Source: a virus (lineage: Duplodnaviria; Heunggongvirae; Uroviricota; Caudoviricetes). From it: 64,000 nt of DNA. Position 1 is the stretch's first letter. Each line of letters begins with the position of its first letter. Below are positions 36,588 to 44,291 of this stretch, piece after piece. The notes beneath the pieces were generated by a model that was given only the letters and a program-made list of their open reading frames with translations, ran no database searches and was not told the origin of the DNA. Location of the stretch: the IMG/VR virus record IMGVR_UViG_3300044951_001136. One strand, 5' to 3'. Both the position numbers and the translations under genes were made by a program.

Positions 36588-36778
36588 ATTTAGAAATGCG
36601 CTGGCTTATAACAGCTGGTTGGGACGGCCCTGAAAAAATACTACAATATCGCTTTGAAAGAGAAACACCGGATTACTGTATACTAAATCCAAAAACAGGT
36701 GAAATTACAAAACAAAATGAGTTAACTGATTGGATTACTGTTCCAACGGTAGATGAGGTTAAGAATGCGAACATATAA
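36584..36778 (+). CDS. hypothetical protein (64 aa)
   Basis: ATGA-coupled ORF. Confidence 0.35.
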   Translation: MNLEMRWLITAGWDGPEKILQYRFERETPDYCILNPKTGEITKQNELTDWITVPTVDEVKNANI

Positions 36779-38096
36779 CAAACGAATTGGATTTCTAATT
36801 AGCTACCAGTATCTTATTCCGCATGGTGGAATAGGACAGTTTGCTAAGAGTTTTTGTGAATTGATGGATATTCATAATATTAAAGTTGATATTATCACAG
36901 ATAAAAAACCACAAGATAGTGAGTTTGTTAAATCTCTCAAAGCTAATATTGTTTGTCCAAATGAATCATTAAAGTACACTGACCACAGTAATATCTTTAT
37001 GTTCGGGGATACATTTTGTTATGAACGCATGGCTAACTTTCGCAATAGTATCATTGAAGCATTAGAGCATAATATATACGATGCATTAGTATGCAATACA
37101 TATGAAACTGTACAAGTTGCAAGTACAATGGGTCTAGAGGATGTTATACAGATAATTGCTTATACTCATTTAGAAAGTCAAATCTTCAGAGATACCAGTA
37201 ATCCTTTTTTGCATAACACAAATGAGTTGATGCGTCAACAGCTTACTACTACTGGTATATTTATTGGTACACAGAGTAAATTCAATCAATTAGAGATTGA
37301 TGATTCATATCATTTACCAATTCCAATCACCGAACAAGGTTTGTTAGAAGAACATCACCATCCGCGTGATGGTGTATTGTTTGTTGGCAGATGGGAAGAA
37401 GGTAAGAACCCGGAACTTTACTTGGAACTAATTGAACAAACTAAATTACCTGCACGAGTTATGACTAATACAAACGGTGCTAAGAAGTTTGAAGAACGAT
37501 TTAAGAAGATGGGAATAACTGACTATAAGATTGGTGTTAGTATCATTGGGCAAACGAAAGTAGACTTCATCACCAGTTGCAGAGTTGCTTTTAACCCAAG
37601 TAATGTAGAGAGTTATGGTATGGCTTTTTATGAGCAACATATTCAGTTGCCTACACTAGTATTAGAGAATCAACGCTGGACTAATAATTTCAACGAGAAT
37701 TTTTTCTATAAATGTACTAAGAAAAATATGGCTGAACGAGCAAAACAGTTGTATGATTCGTTTGAACACGCCGCAACTTGGTACAACTTAGATTCATTAA
37801 CACATGCACGACAAGTGGAAGCCACTGTATTTCACAAGTGGAATACCTGCTTCAATGAATTTGAAGGCAAGAAGTCTAATAGCAACACTGCAAAGATATG
37901 CGAAGAACCCACAATTAAATTGAGTGATTTTAATACACAGTTAGGTCGTAGCTTGTTATGCATTGATGATATCAAATCAGTATTGACAAACAAGCATAAG
38001 TTTCGTATACTATACACGGACGATGATACTTACTTGAGTAAGGACCCGTCGTTTGAACCAGAGGAAGAAGGCGAGAGTCTTTTTAGTTTTGAATGA
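36765..38096 (+). CDS. GT-B-fold glycosyltransferase (GT4-like)
   Basis: N-terminal HGGIGQF; VLFVGRWEEGKNPELYLELI GT4-type motif; start set to ATG 36765 after GAGGT. Confidence 0.55.
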   Translation: MRTYNKRIGFLISYQYLIPHGGIGQFAKSFCELMDIHNIKVDIITDKKPQDSEFVKSLKANIVCPNESLKYTDHSNIFMFGDTFCYERMANFRNSIIEALEHNIYDALVCNTYETVQVASTMGLEDVIQIIAYTHLESQIFRDTSNPFLHNTNELMRQQLTTTGIFIGTQSKFNQLEIDDSYHLPIPITEQGLLEEHHHPRDGVLFVGRWEEGKNPELYLELIEQTKLPARVMTNTNGAKKFEERFKKMGITDYKIGVSIIGQTKVDFITSCRVAFNPSNVESYGMAFYEQHIQLPTLVLENQRWTNNFNENFFYKCTKKNMAERAKQLYDSFEHAATWYNLDSLTHARQVEATVFHKWNTCFNEFEGKKSNSNTAKICEEPTIKLSDFNTQLGRSLLCIDDIKSVLTNKHKFRILYTDDDTYLSKDPSFEPEEEGESLFSFE

Positions 38097-38926
38097 AAAA
38101 AATATTAATTACAGGTTGTTCGGGTTACATTGGTAGTCATCTAGTTAAGATGCTAGCAAATGACTACGAGGTACACGGCCTAGATATCAATGTTCCGCAA
38201 GCTGACGGATTACAAGAATTCTATCAAGTTGATATTCGTAGACTATTTGAATTACCAACCGAGTTTGATGCAACGATTCACTTGGCAGCACTAGTCAATG
38301 TGGGTGAAAGTGAGCGTATCCCACTAAGTTATTACATCACTAATTTGAATGGTACAATGAATGTTATCAATAAGGTACGGACAAAGAACTTTATATTTGC
38401 CAGCACTGGAGCAGCAGTGGGATGTGCTAGTGCGTATGGCATTAGTAAACGAGCAGCAGAGGATGTGGTGCGTGAGTATTTTACTCAGCATAATCCTAAA
38501 CCTTATACAATATTTAGATTCTACAATGTTATTGGTAGTGATGGGTTTGATCCAACCAATCCTGATGGATTAATGTATAATCTAATGAAGGCTAAGGAAA
38601 GAGGCGAGTTTACCATCTTTGGCAATGATTATGATACACGAGATGGAACCTGCATTCGTGATTATGTTCATGTTAACGAGATATGTGACGCATTATGTAC
38701 TGCTATTGAGAAGCCAAGTAATCAAATAGAATGTTTAGGGCATGGGGTAGGTTATACTGTTGCCGAGATAGTTAATAAGTTCAAAGAAGTAAATAATATA
38801 CCTAATATTAATTTGCTTACAAAGATAGGCCCAAGAAGAAAGGGTGACTTAGCAATATCTGTATTAGATAATGTGTCACCCTATATGAAAGAGGTATACT
38901 CTTTGGAAGATTTGCTTAAGATTTAA
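38093..38926 (+). CDS. NAD-dependent epimerase/dehydratase (extended SDR, GalE-like but shorter)
   Basis: ILITGCSGYIGSHL Rossmann; YGISKRAAE YxxxK catalytic motif. Confidence 0.75.
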   Translation: MKKILITGCSGYIGSHLVKMLANDYEVHGLDINVPQADGLQEFYQVDIRRLFELPTEFDATIHLAALVNVGESERIPLSYYITNLNGTMNVINKVRTKNFIFASTGAAVGCASAYGISKRAAEDVVREYFTQHNPKPYTIFRFYNVIGSDGFDPTNPDGLMYNLMKAKERGEFTIFGNDYDTRDGTCIRDYVHVNEICDALCTAIEKPSNQIECLGHGVGYTVAEIVNKFKEVNNIPNINLLTKIGPRRKGDLAISVLDNVSPYMKEVYSLEDLLKI

Positions 38927-39812
38927 TTTTAACCCATTTATCAACTAGCATATTTTTAAGTGCTACTGTATCTGGTAACTTATTCTTACGCATAAAATCA
39001 TTTAATTTAACAGCAGTTGGATAATCAGTAGAATTAGGTTTACGAGCATTGCTCATATCTACACCAAGATTACTATCGGAATCTGGACGTCTACTGCCAT
39101 AGTAGACTAATTCATATCGCAACTTTTCAGCACGGCTAGTTAAATCTGATTTTTTGTTTTTATATATTAGTTCTACCCACGGTTCAAGGTACATTGTCGG
39201 CGGACGACTTGGTGTGTAACCTTTTGGTTGTTGTCCTTTAAGCAATTTAGCAGCGTCACCGGGAGTAACTGCTTTGCGGGTATCTTGTAAACGCCATGCC
39301 TTCTCATCTGTGTATAAGTAAGCTGATATACCTTGCTTCTTGGCAGTGATTAAAATTGTTCTAACTTCGGGGCTACGATTTTCGCTCTGTTCTTTGAGCA
39401 AAACATGAACAGCAATTACTCCGTTAATTGGAATTTCAGGTGTCTTTGAAAATACTCTATCTTCGCTTTCACTGGTACGAGTACCGTTACTATGTTGCCA
39501 AGACCTTTCCCAATAATCAATTGCTTTTGTTTTGTAATGCCGATTTAACCAGTTCCCATCAATTACAAACATAGCGGCGCTGCTACCAGTATATCGGTGA
39601 TAGTCTCCCACTTTGCTGCGAGTTGTGCTTAGAAAGTAAAGATATCCCGGCGGTGCATATTGTTCTTCACTAGAGTTACCTGTGACACTACTTAATTGAA
39701 AAACTCCAGTAGTTAGAATTTTTGCAGCAGCAGATACACCGGCATAATGGTAGACAATAGCAGTAGCTGCTTCATCTAGTATTGCTTCTGCGATAAATTC
39801 AGTTGCTCTCAT
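38916..39812 (-). CDS. putative packaged virion protein (298 aa)
   Basis: N-term MRATEFIAEA matches MRAIEFINE (22370) and MRFNEIISEA (41464-) class. Confidence 0.5.
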   Translation of the reverse strand: MRATEFIAEAILDEAATAIVYHYAGVSAAAKILTTGVFQLSSVTGNSSEEQYAPPGYLYFLSTTRSKVGDYHRYTGSSAAMFVIDGNWLNRHYKTKAIDYWERSWQHSNGTRTSESEDRVFSKTPEIPINGVIAVHVLLKEQSENRSPEVRTILITAKKQGISAYLYTDEKAWRLQDTRKAVTPGDAAKLLKGQQPKGYTPSRPPTMYLEPWVELIYKNKKSDLTSRAEKLRYELVYYGSRRPDSDSNLGVDMSNARKPNSTDYPTAVKLNDFMRKNKLPDTVALKNMLVDKWVKIKS

Positions 39813-41467
39813 TAATGTCTTAACAATAGGGTACTCAATACACCAGGATCATTCGCACTAACATCACCTTCACCCGGTGCAACGATAACATTGTACTTCA
39901 TTCCAGCTGGAATTGAATTTCTCTTAGACATATATTCATTATAACTTAAAATACTTGAAGAACTAATGCCGTATTCGTTAGCAATTCGTTGTTTCATTTG
40001 TTTAAGTGCTGCGTCATCAGCAGGTTGCCATGCTCCGTCATCCGTCTTTTTCAAGTTACCCTTCTCATCCTTGGCCAATAAGTCATAGAATAGTTTCTCT
40101 GGAACAATACGACTGTTCTTTGTCTTATCTAATTTAGGATCCTGAGCCTTTACTTGTTTCTCTTGCTCGGTGTTAGCACCTTCACTCCAATTGATGATGA
40201 AGTTATCTGGCTTCTTAGCTAATGCTGCTCCTGCCATCTTAGTGTACGCATAGAATCTAACATCAGGATGTTTAGCAGCCATTTTTAATGCCATATCCAA
40301 GTATTCTGGACTGAAGAAGTCGCCGGCATCATGCCAACGAACCGTTACTTTCCATCCATTGGGGAATTTCTTATCGCCTGCAGCACCCTCTTGTGATTCA
40401 GCAGAGATTTCATTGCTTAGTTGATTAAAGAAACCATCTGGATCATTCAACAGATATGTAAGTATTCTGCCGTCACTTTGCCATGCAGCCTTAAATTGAA
40501 TCTTGCCGCCCTTCATGGCGAAACAATCAACTTTACAAGAGCCGGCGCCTGGACATGTGTTAACAACAATTAGATTATTTGTTTGTTCATCTAATGCAAT
40601 ACCTACCAATGCCGCGAACCCAACATTAAAGAATTGTTCAAACTCACCATTGCTGTGCTTCATCTTTTCGTTTTGTTTAAGTAATGCTTTGGGACGAATT
40701 GCTAATGTTTGTTTAACAGCATCTTCATCGTATGTTTTACCATCTGGACTTAAGTATGTAACTACACTACTACGATGGATGTAAGGCATCTTGTACTTGT
40801 CACCTTTAGTTTTACCAGTTGTATATTTTTCATTGCCCTTTTTATCTACTTTAACATTGCCTGCTTTATCTACATCGGGAGTACCAACGATTCGTTTCAT
40901 GTAATCTTGAAACTCTTGACCCTTTAAGTCACGAGTTTGTGCTGGTAGTTTAGTTGCTTCATCTAGTCCAGATAGACTACGAATTCTTGCTAGATGTTCT
41001 TCACCTTCCGCTAAACTTTGCTCATCATAACCATAGTCACCGGTTTTCATATCATCAATGTAAGCATACTCATCTTCATAACCATTCTTTTTAGCTGCTG
41101 CGCGAATATCATCATATGTTATCCCATGTTTGCGGGCATACTTTGGCAAGTAGTCAGCTGGATCACCATCTGGGAAAATGTTGCTGATGATCTGAGTAAC
41201 ATCAAACCAAATCTTATCTAAATCTAATTTAGGTTCTGGTGCAGACATTCTTGATAATTTAGGCATAGCTGGCTTTGCTACCTTGGGATTACCCTGGCGA
41301 TCAAGTGGAACGCCACCTGGACCATGTGTAAATCTGCCTTCATCTACTTCTTCATCTGGCATATCACCAGCACTAGCAACAAATTGCTGAGGTGTCATAA
41401 TTGAGATACCCTTTGGGGCGCCCGGCAACTTTGGCTCTGCGCCTTCTAATAATTCTTTGAAGTTCAT
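39812..41467 (-). CDS. putative packaged virion protein (551 aa), Cys-cluster domain of unknown function
   Basis: N-term MNFKELLEG; EQSLAEGEE motif; NTCPGAGSCKVDC...WHDAGDFF. Confidence 0.5.
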   Translation of the reverse strand: MNFKELLEGAEPKLPGAPKGISIMTPQQFVASAGDMPDEEVDEGRFTHGPGGVPLDRQGNPKVAKPAMPKLSRMSAPEPKLDLDKIWFDVTQIISNIFPDGDPADYLPKYARKHGITYDDIRAAAKKNGYEDEYAYIDDMKTGDYGYDEQSLAEGEEHLARIRSLSGLDEATKLPAQTRDLKGQEFQDYMKRIVGTPDVDKAGNVKVDKKGNEKYTTGKTKGDKYKMPYIHRSSVVTYLSPDGKTYDEDAVKQTLAIRPKALLKQNEKMKHSNGEFEQFFNVGFAALVGIALDEQTNNLIVVNTCPGAGSCKVDCFAMKGGKIQFKAAWQSDGRILTYLLNDPDGFFNQLSNEISAESQEGAAGDKKFPNGWKVTVRWHDAGDFFSPEYLDMALKMAAKHPDVRFYAYTKMAGAALAKKPDNFIINWSEGANTEQEKQVKAQDPKLDKTKNSRIVPEKLFYDLLAKDEKGNLKKTDDGAWQPADDAALKQMKQRIANEYGISSSSILSYNEYMSKRNSIPAGMKYNVIVAPGEGDVSANDPGVLSTLLLRH

Positions 41468-42654
41468 TTCTTGTTATTCCTAATAAATTGTTCAGCAAGC
41501 ATTACTAATTCATGTAGTTCTTCAATGCTTTCGCAATGCCATCTACGCAAACTTTTATTTATATTGCTATTTGGATCTCTTGCTGTTTTTGCACCAGTAC
41601 GATGTTTCTTCATTCCACGCATTCTGGCACAAAAGCTAGCTCTACGCTTTGCTGCCTTGCTACCTTTTTTAAGTTTGCTTGGCTTAGTTGTTACCGCTGT
41701 TTGAATCTTGCTACCAGGATGACTGCGGCGATAGCTACTAACAGACTTTTTACTCATCCCACCTGCTCTTGGGTTGTTATGCTTTGACCAAGTTTCGCCT
41801 TCATCAACTTCTTGTGAACTGAGGAAATTACCTAATTCTTCAGCACCAGTACCACGTTGACCATCTTGATGTTTCCAATTAGAACCTTGACGAACAATCT
41901 TATCACCGTCATCATTTGCATAAACACTACTGTTGTCAGAGTAATATCCGAAAGAATTCAGTGTGGATACTAGATTATCACTTGCCTCAGAGCCTTCCGG
42001 CAGCCATTTCGCAAAGGCTTTTCTAAGGGTTGGTTTATCTACAACATGAGTTGTATCATCCATTGGAACATAAGCTGTGTTAGTATTTTTCCCCGTTGCG
42101 TCGGTTTGCTGTCTGACAGTTGCTGCACCAAGATCATATGATTTATCAGCCGCTACTTGCTTACCGGTAGCATCGGTAGTTTGTTTAATCTTCAATGGTC
42201 CTGCATTGTAATTTTGCGTAATTTGATTAGTAGTTAAGTCGATGGTTTGGCCAGATCCATTAAAGTTAGGACTACTATATGTTATAGCCTTACCCTGAGC
42301 ATTGTATGTAAATGAACCAAACCCGCCAGAATAAGTTCTAGTACCATCTTTGTTTGTTGTTACTCTATTGCCATTACCTAGATCACCGTCTCGTGCGGGT
42401 AACTGTGGCACAGGCGGCACTTTAACCTGTGCCCTTGGAGCAGTAGGTGACCCTAGAGCAGCCATTGCATTATTAGTCGCACCTGCCACAGTGGCCGCAC
42501 CCAAGCCTCTTAAGAATCCTCTGCGGTCAATTTCTTCTAGGTTGCCTTCCGCCACACCTTGCTTTGGCTTCTTTCCAGCTTTTTTCATGGCAATTGCAAT
42601 TGCTGCTTGTTGGGCAGGACTACCTGCTTCGGATATAATTTCATTAAATCTCAT
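41464..42654 (-). CDS. putative internal virion protein with Tat-like RRGFLRG segment after a QGVAEG motif and a very basic C-terminus
   Basis: MRFNEIISEAG...KQGVAEGNLEEIDRRGFLRGLGAATVAGATNNAMAALG; C-term KKGSKAAKRRASFCARMRGMKKHRTGAK. Confidence 0.55.
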   Translation of the reverse strand: MRFNEIISEAGSPAQQAAIAIAMKKAGKKPKQGVAEGNLEEIDRRGFLRGLGAATVAGATNNAMAALGSPTAPRAQVKVPPVPQLPARDGDLGNGNRVTTNKDGTRTYSGGFGSFTYNAQGKAITYSSPNFNGSGQTIDLTTNQITQNYNAGPLKIKQTTDATGKQVAADKSYDLGAATVRQQTDATGKNTNTAYVPMDDTTHVVDKPTLRKAFAKWLPEGSEASDNLVSTLNSFGYYSDNSSVYANDDGDKIVRQGSNWKHQDGQRGTGAEELGNFLSSQEVDEGETWSKHNNPRAGGMSKKSVSSYRRSHPGSKIQTAVTTKPSKLKKGSKAAKRRASFCARMRGMKKHRTGAKTARDPNSNINKSLRRWHCESIEELHELVMLAEQFIRNNKK

Positions 42655-42691
42655 GTTGTTGCCCGTAAATAGTTGACTTTATTGTGCAATT

Positions 42692-43759
42692 ATGCGACAA
42701 TACATATCTTATTTATCGCTTTGGGCTTTTATCTTGACAAATAATAATATCAAACGGATTGGATTTGCTTGCAAATTTTCAGAACTAAACAAGAAGGGTG
42801 AGATTACCAGCATACCTGAATTGAATACAGGCGGTACTACTCTGGCTTGGGCCGCAAGGCAAAAGCGTAGTGTAGCAGAAGAAAAGGTAATTGAAGTTGC
42901 CAAACGCAACATTCTACATACTCATAATCTAGTCAAAAAGGTAGCAACACTACAACCCGAACTACGCATGGTTCGTCTGACTAGTGACATGCTGAGTTTT
43001 TACACCCATGATGACTGGAAAGACTTCTGGCAAGATAGTGATATTCAAAACAAACTAGCACACTGGATGGCACCAATTGGTGAAACAGCTAGAGCCAATG
43101 ATGTTCGTCTTAGTATGCACCCCGGACAATTTACAGTTTTAGCGAGTGACCGTGAAGAAGTAGTAAATAAGAGTATAGAAGAATTTGAATATCATTGTGA
43201 CATGGTTCGTTGGATGGGCTATGGCAAATCATTTCAAGACTTCAAAGTTAATGTACACATTTCTGGTAGAAAAGGGCCTCAGGGTATCAGAGATGTTTAT
43301 GGTCGTTTGTCCCCAGAAGCCCGAAACACACTTACACTAGAAAATGAGGAATACACACATGGACTATCTGACTGCTTATCGTTATCTGACCTCGTGCCTA
43401 CGGTACTCGATATCCATCACAACTGGATTCGTGAAGGTGAATATATTCAATCTACTGATACGCTTGTACAACGGGTTATTGATAGTTGGCGTGGTGTTCG
43501 CCCTACTATGCATTACAGTGTTAGCCGCGAAAATGTACTCACAGATCATTCCACTACACAATTACCCGATCATGGTGCGTTGATTAATGCAGGGTATAAT
43601 AAACAGAAACTTCGGGCACATAGCGACCACTATTGGAATACTGCGGTTAACGATTGGGCATTGACATTTCTTGACAATTTTGATATAATGACCGAGAGTA
43701 AAGGAAAAAACCTAGCTAGTTTTAAATTATTTGAAAGATATAAAAATGGGATTATTTGA
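42692..43759 (+). CDS. uvdE: UV-damage endonuclease
   Basis: RLSMHPGQFTVLAS, VNVHISGRKG, LTLENEEYTH, VLDIHHNW align with B. subtilis UvsE (RTSFHPNQFTLFTS, INIHIGGAYG, MTLENDDKTY, VFDFHHF). Confidence 0.8.
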   Translation: MRQYISYLSLWAFILTNNNIKRIGFACKFSELNKKGEITSIPELNTGGTTLAWAARQKRSVAEEKVIEVAKRNILHTHNLVKKVATLQPELRMVRLTSDMLSFYTHDDWKDFWQDSDIQNKLAHWMAPIGETARANDVRLSMHPGQFTVLASDREEVVNKSIEEFEYHCDMVRWMGYGKSFQDFKVNVHISGRKGPQGIRDVYGRLSPEARNTLTLENEEYTHGLSDCLSLSDLVPTVLDIHHNWIREGEYIQSTDTLVQRVIDSWRGVRPTMHYSVSRENVLTDHSTTQLPDHGALINAGYNKQKLRAHSDHYWNTAVNDWALTFLDNFDIMTESKGKNLASFKLFERYKNGII

Positions 43760-44201
43760 TAAACTATTTGGCAAAAAGCCAGAGCCAGAGCCAGAACCAG
43801 TAGCAGAGGTGCCAAAGACTACTAAGGAAAAGAAACCACGCAAACCTAAGGAAAAGAAAGAAGCACCTATTATATCTGACAAGGCAAAAGCAGATAGTGA
43901 GGGTCTTCCCTATGTTAATATTTTAAAGATGGAAATTGATCCGTACGATATTAACAGCGGTGCGTTTGAACTTGATTTTAATGACAAATTTGTATTAAAT
44001 TTAATTCGTGCAGGGTATAAGATGCGTGATGATGATAGTGATACTATCATAGTCGATCGGTGGTTTCAGACGGTTTGCCGCAATGTGGCATTAGAGCTAT
44101 ATGAACAGCAGCAAGCCGATCCCGAGAATCGGGCACAAGCTACTGATATGAGAGTGGTCCGTGCTAAGGATTTGGGTGACGGGCGTACAGAAGTCAGCTA
44201 A
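43731..44201 (+). CDS. hypothetical protein with PEPEPEP/Lys-rich linker (alternative start ATG 43746)
   Basis: ORF. Confidence 0.45.
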   Translation: MKDIKMGLFDKLFGKKPEPEPEPVAEVPKTTKEKKPRKPKEKKEAPIISDKAKADSEGLPYVNILKMEIDPYDINSGAFELDFNDKFVLNLIRAGYKMRDDDSDTIIVDRWFQTVCRNVALELYEQQQADPENRAQATDMRVVRAKDLGDGRTEVS

Positions 44202-44204
44202 AGG

Positions 44205-44233
44205 TTGACGATAAATGAATTCTATGCTATAAT
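44205..44233 (+). promoter_or_regulatory. sigma70 promoter TTGACG-N17-TGcTATAAT upstream of 44292
   Basis: ttgacg 44205-44210, 17-nt spacer, TGc + tataat 44228-44233. Confidence 0.6.
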
Positions 44234-44291
44234 GCATATTGAATATGAATAGCAGTGTTTATACTTTATTTTTAAACTGTAGGAAAATTAT

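Noticed and set aside
41464-42654. Calling the 396-aa protein a conventional Tat-secreted periplasmic protein
   Set aside because: The RRGFLRG motif starts about 40 residues in and no alternative start codon exists. A classical Tat substrate needs the signal at the N-terminus. Kept only as the processing-dependent hypothesis in the findings.
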